Below, one piece after another: positions 31,819 through 41,493 of a DNA stretch of 55,441 bases. The DNA comes from Patescibacteria group bacterium (GTDB lineage Bacteria > Patescibacteriota > Patescibacteriia > Patescibacteriales > BS150m-G62). Location of the stretch: the NCBI GenBank assembly GCA_016784175.1, contig JADHVC010000003.1:1-55441 (forward strand), read 5' to 3'. The notes below the pieces were generated by a model. It was not told the origin of the DNA. It did not search any database and saw only the letters and a list, made by a program, of their open reading frames with translations. Numbering within the stretch: position 1 is the stretch's first letter; each line of letters begins with the position of its first letter. The position numbers and the translations under genes are program-made.

Positions 31819-33192
31819 ATGATTACTCAGATCAAAGGAAAACAATTCATTATCCTAATAGGTGATATAGTAATTATGTACATATCACTCTATATTGCTT
31901 TGTTTTTGAGAAATCTAGAGTTCCCTAGTACCTCAGTATGGATAGATCATTCTTTAATGTTTAGTTACAATTTTCCAATATGGTTACTATTTTTTTACAT
32001 TGCTGGACTCTACAATTTACACATAGCCATTAATAACTCAAAATTCATCGAACTCTCACTAAAAGCTATACTTGCATCGACCACATTCACAATTATATTC
32101 TTTTATTCTTATCCTTTATCTAATTTTGCTCCAAAAACAATACTCGTTCTGTACTTAGTGTTATTCACACTGCTTCACTTTGCGCACAGACTTTTAATTA
32201 ATCAAAGATTCGCAACTCGAACTCCAAAAACCAACTTGGCAATTATTGGATATTCGCCTCTAGTTAGTGAAATTATCGATGAAACAATAAGAAAGCCACA
32301 CTTAGGCTATAATATTAAATTTATTTTAAATACGCAAAGCATCATTCTTGACAATCCCGCTGAGTCAATCCAAATAATAAATAATGTTTATGAATTTAAA
32401 GATAAACTATTAAAGAAGAATATATCAGAAGTTATCATTACTCAAAATTTTAGAGAGTCAGAGATAATCAAAGAGATACTATTTGATTGCTTGAGAGCAA
32501 ATATTAACTTTATTAATATCGCACAATTTTATGAGGACTTAGTGGGTCGATTACAATTAGATTTTGTTGATAGAACGTGGTTTTTGGAAAATTTTAATAG
32601 AATTAATAACAATTGGTACAACACATTTAAACGTATATTTGATATAATTGTATCAGTACTGATTCTTTGTTTTACGCTTCCGATTTGGGCGATTGTCGCA
32701 ATAGCTATTAAAATTGAGAATACTGGACCAATATTTTTTATTGATACTCGACTTGGAAAAAATGAAAAAGCCTTTACTTTGATAAAATTTAGAACCATGA
32801 GTGTAGCAAATAATGACCAATCACCAACAACGAGTGGTGACCCAAGAGTAACAAAACTAGGAAAGCTTTTGAGAAAAACTAGAATCGATGAAATTCCGCA
32901 AATACTAAATGTACTTAAGGGGGACATGAGTATGGTAGGCCCGAGACCAGAAAGACCAAAACTAGTCACTAAATTAAAAGACGTTATTCCTTTTTACAGT
33001 ATAAGGATGTTGATAAAGCCTGGTATCTCTGGTTGGGACCAAGTATCTGGAGAATACCATTCACCAAGCAAAGAGGATACTTTAAAGAAACTTCAATACG
33101 ATTTCTATTACATAAAAAACCGATCAATTTACTTAGATATAACAATATTATTAAAAACTATAAAAACAGTATTGAGTAGCCAAGGCGTCTAA
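31819..33192 (+). CDS. Polyprenyl glycosylphosphotransferase (initiating sugar transferase, WcaJ/WbaP-like)
   Basis: N-terminal TMs; KRIFDI, KFRTM, DPRVT, RIDEIPQ, MSMVGPRPE, KPGISGW.QV. Confidence 0.92.
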   Translation: MITQIKGKQFIILIGDIVIMYISLYIALFLRNLEFPSTSVWIDHSLMFSYNFPIWLLFFYIAGLYNLHIAINNSKFIELSLKAILASTTFTIIFFYSYPLSNFAPKTILVLYLVLFTLLHFAHRLLINQRFATRTPKTNLAIIGYSPLVSEIIDETIRKPHLGYNIKFILNTQSIILDNPAESIQIINNVYEFKDKLLKKNISEVIITQNFRESEIIKEILFDCLRANINFINIAQFYEDLVGRLQLDFVDRTWFLENFNRINNNWYNTFKRIFDIIVSVLILCFTLPIWAIVAIAIKIENTGPIFFIDTRLGKNEKAFTLIKFRTMSVANNDQSPTTSGDPRVTKLGKLLRKTRIDEIPQILNVLKGDMSMVGPRPERPKLVTKLKDVIPFYSIRMLIKPGISGWDQVSGEYHSPSKEDTLKKLQYDFYYIKNRSIYLDITILLKTIKTVLSSQGV

Positions 33193-33267
33193 AGTTAAAG
33201 AGTAAAGAATTAATAAAATGTCAATATTGCAATTGATTTAAATATAGTTTAATATCATTGAAACACT

Positions 33268-35316
33268 ATGAATATATTTAGACAAATTTTTTCATCATCA
33301 AAAAAAGTCAAAAACTGGAGACAGATTGTTTTTGTTATTATTTTATTGTGTGGCTCACTGCTAGTTAACTTTGGAGATAAATACAACGATCTAAGTGATA
33401 AATTGAGTGAAAAATCAAATATAAGTATACCAAAAGTTGAGGAGCGAAGTTTTAGACTTGGATTAGACCTGCTCGGGGGAACACACTTGGTCTATAAAGC
33501 CAACATTGATAATATACCAGATACTGATCGAGATAATGCGCTAGAAGGTGTTCGTGATGTAATTGAGCGAAGAGTAAATTTATTTGGTGTAAGTGAACCA
33601 AATGTACAAACAGCAAAGTCTAACGGTGAATACAGGGTTATTGTTGAATTAGCAGGAATTAATGATGTTAACGAAGCAATTAGCTTAATAGGAGAAACGC
33701 CTTTATTAGAATTTAAAGAAGCGAGCGACGAAGCTCGACAATTAGGAGACGAAGAAAAGGCAATATTAGAAAACTACAACATAGAGGCAGAAAAAGGAAT
33801 AAATGAAGCTTTGGAAGAATTAGTTGATAGTGATTTTGAAGATCTCGTATTAAAATATTCTCAAGATGAAGCTACAAAAGAAAATAAGGGTAATATTGGG
33901 TGGATAACAGCCTCAAGTCACCCAGAGATTATAAACGCGATTAGCGAGCTAGAGCTAGGTGCAGTAACAAAAAATTACATAACTAGTCAATCTGGCTTTG
34001 AAATATATAAACTACTTGAAAAGCGCATTAAGACAAATCCATTCGATGAAAATAAGGAAGAAAAACAAGTACTAGCATCACATATATTAATCTGTCACAA
34101 AGACAGTGAAAGCTGTGAAAGTGAATTAAGCAAGGAAGAGGCTTATGCTAAAATTAAAGAAGTAAAGACTAAAGTAACAGCAGAAAATTTTAATGAATTA
34201 GCTAAAGTTTACTCAGACGAACCTGGTGCTGACCAAACAGGGGGTAATTTAGGCTGGTTTGAAAGAGGAAGGATGATAAAACCTTTTGAGGATACAGTCT
34301 TTAATAACCAAAAAGTTGGTGAAATTTCCTATGTCGTTGAAACAAAATTTGGGTATCATCTAATTCTAAAACATGACGAAAAAAACATTGAAGAATATAA
34401 TATTTCACGCATTTTAATAAGAACAATGAGTGAGCAAAGTATTGTTGGTGTTGGAAATACTTGGAAAAATACAAAATTAGGTGGTAAATATCTAAAAAGG
34501 GCAGCTGTACAATTTGATTACAATGACAACTCTCCAGAAGTAACATTGGAGTTTGATCAAGAAGGTTCAGATTTATTTGCTGAAATTACAGAAAGAAATA
34601 TTGGTAAGCAAGTAGCCATATTCCTCGACGGCTACCCAATTAGCGCACCAGTTGTAAATTCAAAAATAACAGGAGGTCAGGCTGTAATTAGTGGAAATTT
34701 TGATATAAAAGAAGCAAATCTATTGACTCAAAGATTAAATGCAGGTGCATTGCCAGTTCCAATCTCATTAATTAGTCAAAAAACAATTGGAGCTAGTTTG
34801 GGTCAAGATTCTATGCAGAAAAGTCTAAAAGCAGGTATATTTGGATTAATTGCAGTTGCAATATTCATGGTATTTATTTATCGGTTACCTGGCATACTCG
34901 CAGTTGTATCATTATTAATATACGGCTTACTAATGTTAGCGATATTTAAACTTTGGCCAATAACATTAACATTGTCTGGACTAGCTGGGTTTATACTATC
35001 TATTGGTATGGCGGTGGATGCCAATATTTTAATCTTTGAGAGGCTAAAAGAAGAATTAAATTCTGGTCACGCACTAAGCACTGCCATAGACAATGGGTTT
35101 AAAAGAGCTTGGCCATCAATAAGGGACGGTAATATTTCAACGCTATTAACTTGTTTTATACTAATCCAGTTTACAACAAGTGTAGTGATGGGCTTCGCCT
35201 TAACTTTAGCATTAGGTGTTATAGTATCAATATTCTCTGCTGTAATTATTACTAAAAACTTATTAGTGATGGTAAGTGGCGCAGAGCTTTTTAAAAAAAA
35301 TAAATTCTGGTTATAA
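33268..35316 (+). CDS. secD: Protein translocase subunit SecD with inserted parvulin-type PPIase domains
   Basis: LGLDLLGG, ERRVN.FGVSEP, LNAGALPVP, IGMAVDANILIFER; insert contains SHILI, GGNLGWF, FGYHLI. Confidence 0.95.
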   Translation: MNIFRQIFSSSKKVKNWRQIVFVIILLCGSLLVNFGDKYNDLSDKLSEKSNISIPKVEERSFRLGLDLLGGTHLVYKANIDNIPDTDRDNALEGVRDVIERRVNLFGVSEPNVQTAKSNGEYRVIVELAGINDVNEAISLIGETPLLEFKEASDEARQLGDEEKAILENYNIEAEKGINEALEELVDSDFEDLVLKYSQDEATKENKGNIGWITASSHPEIINAISELELGAVTKNYITSQSGFEIYKLLEKRIKTNPFDENKEEKQVLASHILICHKDSESCESELSKEEAYAKIKEVKTKVTAENFNELAKVYSDEPGADQTGGNLGWFERGRMIKPFEDTVFNNQKVGEISYVVETKFGYHLILKHDEKNIEEYNISRILIRTMSEQSIVGVGNTWKNTKLGGKYLKRAAVQFDYNDNSPEVTLEFDQEGSDLFAEITERNIGKQVAIFLDGYPISAPVVNSKITGGQAVISGNFDIKEANLLTQRLNAGALPVPISLISQKTIGASLGQDSMQKSLKAGIFGLIAVAIFMVFIYRLPGILAVVSLLIYGLLMLAIFKLWPITLTLSGLAGFILSIGMAVDANILIFERLKEELNSGHALSTAIDNGFKRAWPSIRDGNISTLLTCFILIQFTTSVVMGFALTLALGVIVSIFSAVIITKNLLVMVSGAELFKKNKFWL

Positions 35317-35322
35317 GAAATT

Positions 35323-36246
35323 ATGTTAAAAATCATTGATAATAAAAAAATATTCCTAATCATATCTAGTGTTTTAGTTATTACTTCTATTATTGTGCTA
35401 AGCGTTTTTGGTCTAAAGCTTGGAGTTGATTTCGTAGGTGGAAGTTTATTGGAAGTTAAATACATAAATACTAGACCAGAAATTAATGTAGTAAAAGAAA
35501 GTTTAGCTAAATTAAATATTAACGATTTGACCATTAAGGCAGCGGGCGAAAAAAGCATAATTTTAAAATTTAGAAATATCGATGAGGATACACACCAAGC
35601 TATTCTTCATGTGCTAAATAATAACACATTAGGCATAAATACAGATAGTGAGAATGGAAGTGAAAAAATAGTTGAAGAATTAAGCTATGACTCTGTTGGA
35701 CCATCTATCGGCGAAGAATTAAAAGAGAAGTCAATAAGAGCAATTTTTTGGGTATTAATAACTATAGTCCTTTTTGTAGCCTGGGCATTTAAAAAGGTAA
35801 CACGTCCTATTTCAAGTTGGAAATATGGAATAGTAGCTATTATTACACTTTTTCATGACATCATAATACTTTGTGGAACATTCTCTATTCTTGGAATTAT
35901 TGCTGGCATGGAGGTAGGTGTATCTTTTGTAGCAGCACTATTAACCATTCTCGGATATTCTGTAAATGATACAATTGTTGTATTTGACAGACTTAGAGAG
36001 AACCTACCAAAATACAATTTAGCGTTCAAAGACACGGTTAACGAAAGTGTCAATCAAACAATCAGAAGGTCTATAAACACTTCCATTACGACAATTTTAG
36101 CATTGCTTTGTGTATTTATTTGGGGGGGTACGACCACACAAAGTTTTATATTAGCGCTAATTGTTGGTATTTCAATTGGTACATATTCCTCAATATTTTT
36201 AGCTAGTCCATTACTTGTTGTCTGGAACGAACATCAAAAAAAATAA
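35323..36246 (+). CDS. secF: Protein translocase subunit SecF
   Basis: LGVDFVGG, VGPSIG.EL, HD, LTILGYSVNDTIVVFDR.RE, GTYSSIF. Confidence 0.97.
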   Translation: MLKIIDNKKIFLIISSVLVITSIIVLSVFGLKLGVDFVGGSLLEVKYINTRPEINVVKESLAKLNINDLTIKAAGEKSIILKFRNIDEDTHQAILHVLNNNTLGINTDSENGSEKIVEELSYDSVGPSIGEELKEKSIRAIFWVLITIVLFVAWAFKKVTRPISSWKYGIVAIITLFHDIIILCGTFSILGIIAGMEVGVSFVAALLTILGYSVNDTIVVFDRLRENLPKYNLAFKDTVNESVNQTIRRSINTSITTILALLCVFIWGGTTTQSFILALIVGISIGTYSSIFLASPLLVVWNEHQKK

Positions 36247-36252
36247 TTAATC

Positions 36253-36882
36253 ATGCAAGGAATTGTTATAAAAAGAATCCAATTTTTAGAGAACGATCTG
36301 TTAGTGAATATTCTTTGCAATGAAGGTGGAAATATACAGGCGGTCGCTAGGGGAGGACAAAAGTTTGAATCAAAAATGGCAGCTCATCTTGAACCATTAA
36401 ACCTAATAAATGTAGATTTAATTGTCGGAAAAAAGCTAAATTATATAAGAAATATTTATTCGGTAAAGTGTTTCTGTGAATTAAAAGCTAATATCGAGCT
36501 AATTGATATAGCCATGAGGGCTATTTTTTTTATTAATAAAATTATTAAACCCAATATTGAAAATCCAAAAGTTTTATACTTGCTCTTTGAACTACTTTCA
36601 ATATTAGACAACACGGAATTAAGTTCAAAAATAGACAAAAAATTATTACTCCATTTATTTCTATATAAGTTACACTTTATTGAAAGTCTCTTGCCTGAAG
36701 AACAAGATTATAATACATATTGCCTAAACGAAAAACTTAATTCTTCCAGTATCACATACGCTGATCTAAATAGAATCATTAAAGATAAAAACCTAGCAAC
36801 ATTAATTCATATTCCACATGTCAAAGGGACCATTACTGCACTAAACAACTATTCTAGCTATTTTGAGAATTGTTTTGTATAA
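36253..36882 (+). CDS. recO: DNA repair protein RecO (divergent)
   Basis: GIVIKR...ENDLLV......G.I.AVARG.....SK.A.HLEP OB-fold start. Confidence 0.8.
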   Translation: MQGIVIKRIQFLENDLLVNILCNEGGNIQAVARGGQKFESKMAAHLEPLNLINVDLIVGKKLNYIRNIYSVKCFCELKANIELIDIAMRAIFFINKIIKPNIENPKVLYLLFELLSILDNTELSSKIDKKLLLHLFLYKLHFIESLLPEEQDYNTYCLNEKLNSSSITYADLNRIIKDKNLATLIHIPHVKGTITALNNYSSYFENCFV

Positions 36883-36923
36883 AAAAAAGAGCAATGCTAT
36901 AAAACACTACTCTTTCTGTAAAA

Positions 36924-37223
36924 TTACTTTTTCTTTGCTTTTTCCTTAGTTTTTATAATATTTCTTTTCTTTAAGGTATCGACTAATAGCTTTACTCCAT
37001 CAGCTACATAGATAAACCCAGACATACCAGCATCCATTTTACTATAACAATCCTTTATTATAGTGTCTACTTTATTAAACCTATCCCTCATCTCTTGCAT
37101 CATTCTATAAGCTTGCCTCACCATCATTGCTAAGTAGAAAAAGAGTAGGCCAAAAAATATACTCACCCAAAGTATTCCGAACGATTTTGCAAGTAATAAT
37201 ATATCTTGTGTTGTTTCTACCAT
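36924..37223 (-). CDS. Small membrane protein, hypothetical
   Basis: N-terminal TM plus amphipathic helix; directly downstream of pheT. Confidence 0.7.
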   Translation of the reverse strand: MVETTQDILLLAKSFGILWVSIFFGLLFFYLAMMVRQAYRMMQEMRDRFNKVDTIIKDCYSKMDAGMSGFIYVADGVKLLVDTLKKRNIIKTKEKAKKK

Positions 37224-37224
37224 G

Positions 37225-39657
37225 TTAAAAATCTCTTACTTTTGCGTCAAATCTTGACTCTAATTTAGCTATAATTTTTTTCTGTATCGCATCAATTTCA
37301 TCACCTTCTAAATTTCTGTCGGCCTGGTAACGAATGTGAAACGCCATACTTTTATTGTTCTTACCCAAACTTTCACCAGAATAAACATCGAACAGTTCGA
37401 GCGACTTTATTAACAGGTCAGTATCTTTTATTTCATTACTTACTTCATTATAAGATATTTTTTCATTTAATACAAATGATAAATCCCTCCATGCCGATGG
37501 GTACTTTTCTTGCTTTTTATAGGCCCTTTTCTCCAAACCTGCGACTAATTGCATAACAGCTGGAATACGCAACTCACAAACTACAATATGTTTTTTTAAA
37601 TTTAATTTCTTTTCCACATCAAGATTTATTACCGCAACAAATCCAAGGTCAATACCACTACAAAACACATTAGCGCACACCTCTTTATCACACCAAATAG
37701 GAACTTGTGTAGACTTCTGCCAAGAGACCTCTTTACAACCCAGCTCTACCAGCAAGTATTCAACAACACCTTTTAAAACTTCAAAATCTTTACCAGTATC
37801 ATTGTTACTTGCAAAACAAACCGAAAGTCTTTTTTCTTGATACGGTAATTTTTCTTCAGACTCACCACCCTTAGATAAATCACTTTCATGAGTTGAAAAA
37901 ACATTCCCAATCTCAAAAATTCTTATTTCATCAAAGCTCGCTTGGTTATTTTTTATATTACCTAAATTATTTGGGATTAAATTTTGCCTCAAATAAACAT
38001 GATCTTCGGATATAGGATTAGCAAGCTTTATGTGCTCGTTTGGATCTTTCCCACATTTGCTTAAATGACCAAAAGATGTAAACGAATAATTTTGTACTTC
38101 ACTGTAACCAGGAGCACCTGCTAATATCTTTTTAATAGTATAAACTAATGAAATTTCTGGCTCAATTATTGGACTAGAAAGTTCAGCATTCGGCATTTTT
38201 CTAATAATTTTATTATACCCATAGATTCTAGCCACCTCCTCTAAGATATCCTCTTTTATCGAAACATCTCTAAAACGCCATGTAGGCACAACAATGCTAA
38301 ATTCATTTTCAATATTTACCTCCACCTTAAAACCAAGCGCTTCCAATATTTGACCAACTTGTATCTTATCAATTTCAAAACCAATCGTACTTTTTAACCA
38401 ATTGTGACTAAATTTAATTACACTTAAATCTTGAGCAAAATTTTTCACATCAGTTATCTTTGTTTTAATATTTGAATTCGGACAAAGCTCTTTAACAAGC
38501 AACATCGCTCTATTAAGAGCTAATTCAGCTAAATTGGGGTCAATACCTTTTTCAAAACGCATTGATGACTCTGTACGTAAACCAAGCTTAGAAGATGTTT
38601 TTCTAACAGTAATATTATTAAAATTAGCAGATTCGAAAATAATATCGCTTGTTTGTCCAGTAATCTGTGAGCTAACACTACCCATCACACCAGCTAAGGC
38701 AACTGGGACATTTAAATTTGCTATGACTAAGTCATTATCATCTAATTTTCTTGACTCACCGTCCAAGGTTTCAATAACTTCGTCTGCATGAGCATTACGA
38801 ATAACAATATTTACTTGCTCATCGGCACCTCCTTTTACCAAATTATAATCAAAAGCGTGCATTGGTTGACCAATTTCAAGCATTATATAATTAGTTATAT
38901 CAACAATATTGTTAATTGGCCTAACACCCGAAGAAATAAGTCTTTTTTTAAGCCACCAAGGAGACTCTACAATATCAACATCTGCAATTTGAACTGCCAT
39001 ATATCTAGCACAATCGTGAGTATTCTCTAATTTTACATTAATTACCGAATCACTTTCTACTAGCATTGCCGGTTTATTATAATCCTTTAGTAATCCGCTA
39101 GTAATTATCGAAACTTCTCGAGCAATACCAATATAGCCCCAAAGATCAGGTCTATTTGTTAATGATTTATTATCTATCTCTAAAATATAGTCATCTAACT
39201 CCAATAATTCATAAATCTGTTGACCAACTTTGGCATTATTTTCTAGAATAAATATGCCCGAGTGATCCTCCCCAAGTTTAAGTTCTTTTTGCGAACAAAG
39301 CATTCCATAAGAATTTTCTCCTCTTATCTTGGTCTGTTTAATTACCATACCATCTGGCAATATCGCTCCTAATAAAGCCACTGGAACCAATTGTCCAACT
39401 TCAATATTTTGAGCGCCACAAATGATTTCCAAGTTGTCGCCTCCAGCATCTATTGTAACTTTCTGTAATTTGTCTGCATCAGGATGAGGACCGATCGAAA
39501 TAATTTTTCCTACTATTATATTTTTGTATTGCTCTCTTTGACTAATAACATCATCAATTTCAACAACGTGTAAACTTAACAAATCAGCCAAATCTTGTGG
39601 TGTAATATTCTTGGGAATTTCTACGTATTCACGTAGCCAATTCAATGATAGATACAT
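37225..39657 (-). CDS. pheT: Phenylalanine--tRNA ligase beta subunit
   Basis: SLNWLREYV, HPDADKL, CGAQN, NRPDL, INNIVDITNY, RFEKG, EEVARIYGY, FDVY.G. Confidence 0.98.
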   Translation of the reverse strand: MYLSLNWLREYVEIPKNITPQDLADLLSLHVVEIDDVISQREQYKNIIVGKIISIGPHPDADKLQKVTIDAGGDNLEIICGAQNIEVGQLVPVALLGAILPDGMVIKQTKIRGENSYGMLCSQKELKLGEDHSGIFILENNAKVGQQIYELLELDDYILEIDNKSLTNRPDLWGYIGIAREVSIITSGLLKDYNKPAMLVESDSVINVKLENTHDCARYMAVQIADVDIVESPWWLKKRLISSGVRPINNIVDITNYIMLEIGQPMHAFDYNLVKGGADEQVNIVIRNAHADEVIETLDGESRKLDDNDLVIANLNVPVALAGVMGSVSSQITGQTSDIIFESANFNNITVRKTSSKLGLRTESSMRFEKGIDPNLAELALNRAMLLVKELCPNSNIKTKITDVKNFAQDLSVIKFSHNWLKSTIGFEIDKIQVGQILEALGFKVEVNIENEFSIVVPTWRFRDVSIKEDILEEVARIYGYNKIIRKMPNAELSSPIIEPEISLVYTIKKILAGAPGYSEVQNYSFTSFGHLSKCGKDPNEHIKLANPISEDHVYLRQNLIPNNLGNIKNNQASFDEIRIFEIGNVFSTHESDLSKGGESEEKLPYQEKRLSVCFASNNDTGKDFEVLKGVVEYLLVELGCKEVSWQKSTQVPIWCDKEVCANVFCSGIDLGFVAVINLDVEKKLNLKKHIVVCELRIPAVMQLVAGLEKRAYKKQEKYPSAWRDLSFVLNEKISYNEVSNEIKDTDLLIKSLELFDVYSGESLGKNNKSMAFHIRYQADRNLEGDEIDAIQKKIIAKLESRFDAKVRDF

Positions 39658-39833
39658 AATTATATTTTTTAATCTTATGCATATATTTTAATTTAATTTT
39701 TGCTAAATTGCAATAAATTCGTGACATTTAATGCCTAAGTACATATTATAATCACAACCTTGATATTATGTAATTGATTGGATAAAATTATACAAGAGAT
39801 AAGTGAATAAATAATGGATCAAAGTTAATAAAC

Positions 39834-40949
39834 ATGGTGGAAATATACGAAAAAGTTAAAAAAACCATAGACGAATCGCAAAACATTGCAATAATTTTTA
39901 ATAGTAATTTTGAAGACGAATATTTGTGTGCCGCTTTGGCTTATTTTGTTTACCTAAAAAAAAATAAAAAAAATGTAGCTATTTTTACCAGCAATAATCA
40001 AGCTACAATTAATAATAAGTTTAGTTTTTTACCTCACTTTAGTGACATAAATAAACCTGAACGAGAGCAAGATTATGTTGTTAAAATAAATATTCCGAAA
40101 GAAAGTATAAAGAAAATCAAATATAAAACTGACGATAATGGCGTAAAATTTATTATATCGCATCTAACGCAGCATTTAAAATCCATAGAACTTAAAGCAG
40201 TATGTGGATTTGAGTATGACTGCGTAATATACATTGGAATTCAAGACGAAAAATATATTCAAAACCAACTCTTTAATAAAGATATATTGTTATCGACTAA
40301 ATCAGTACTAAATTTTGATTATAATAAGAATAATGTGATAAAAGGAACAGCAAATTATATCGACACAGCCACAAACTCAATAGCCGAAATAATTTATAAA
40401 ATTTTAGATCATGAAAATTCAATCAATACTGACACGGCCACCTGTCTACTAACATCCATAATTGCAAGAACAAATTACTTTAGAAATCAATATGTAAGCG
40501 CAAATATTTTAAAATTAAGCGCTACATTGATGCAGCACGGTGCGAACAAAGAACATATTATCAATAAACTACATGAACCACGCGAAATAAAACTAATTCA
40601 AGAGTGGGGACAACATCTCTTAAATTTACAAAGCTCTCACAATAACCAGGTTGCATGGTTTCAAGTTAATAGTGTAAGCCAAAACCATGAACCATATATT
40701 ATCGAGCTCGTTGATGAGTTAATTGTAACTGCAAAGGGGGTTAAAATTATCGTAGTGTTTTACGAAATAATATATAACAACATAAATAAGTCGTGTGCTC
40801 TGCTATTTGCAAATAATGGCTTTAGCTTTAATAAGACAGCAATAGCAGGGGAATGCTTCGCAAATAATAAAGTAGCTAAAGTAACTTCAGAAACAAAAAT
40901 TGAAGAATTAACAACTAAAGTGCTAGATATGATTGGGAAGCTTATCTAA
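39834..40949 (+). CDS. DHH/NrnA-like protein with degenerate active site
   Basis: NFDYN..N...G..N.ID...S.AEIIY, ATCLLTSII..T..F match the DHH fold, but the DxD and DHH motifs are absent. Confidence 0.65.
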   Translation: MVEIYEKVKKTIDESQNIAIIFNSNFEDEYLCAALAYFVYLKKNKKNVAIFTSNNQATINNKFSFLPHFSDINKPEREQDYVVKINIPKESIKKIKYKTDDNGVKFIISHLTQHLKSIELKAVCGFEYDCVIYIGIQDEKYIQNQLFNKDILLSTKSVLNFDYNKNNVIKGTANYIDTATNSIAEIIYKILDHENSINTDTATCLLTSIIARTNYFRNQYVSANILKLSATLMQHGANKEHIINKLHEPREIKLIQEWGQHLLNLQSSHNNQVAWFQVNSVSQNHEPYIIELVDELIVTAKGVKIIVVFYEIIYNNINKSCALLFANNGFSFNKTAIAGECFANNKVAKVTSETKIEELTTKVLDMIGKLI

Positions 40950-40992
40950 AAAAAGCGCCTATTGCATTGTACAATGGGCGCGTGTTAACAGA

Positions 40993-41328
40993 CTAATTAA
41001 TTTGATTATCAATAACTATATTTTGTACTTCCTTAAGAAGAACTCGCTCTAATTCCAAGGAAACCTCTTTTAAGTTTTCTCCGATATAGATACGAACATC
41101 TTGAGCGGTCGCATTAGAAGCTATTTTTACCAAGATTCCACCCTGCATCGCCATAAATTTAATTCTAGGCTTCTTAGTGCTTAATCCAGTTTTAATAATT
41201 CCTGGTACAATATTTTTCACTTCTGACATCACACAAGCAAGCATACAAACCAGCTCAGCCTCTTTTGATGAAACAGTAGTGTGGCGACGAGAAAATTTCT
41301 TTCCAGCGACTTTACCTTTAATATTCAT
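40993..41328 (-). CDS. DUF2103-like small protein
   Basis: KFSRRHTT, IVPGII, G...K.....AQ.V.I; SD AAAGGAG. Confidence 0.6.
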   Translation of the reverse strand: MNIKGKVAGKKFSRRHTTVSSKEAELVCMLACVMSEVKNIVPGIIKTGLSTKKPRIKFMAMQGGILVKIASNATAQDVRIYIGENLKEVSLELERVLLKEVQNIVIDNQIN

Positions 41329-41493
41329 CGACTTCTCCTTTATAAAATACTATTAAGTAGTATACAATATATAACATAAAAAATATAATTATGCAATTTT
41401 GTAAAAAAATAGGGAAGAATTTTTAAGCTATTGTTTAGCCTCTTCCCCTTATTATATTTTTTATTTTACTTGCGCCTTGCGGTACAAATTTTT

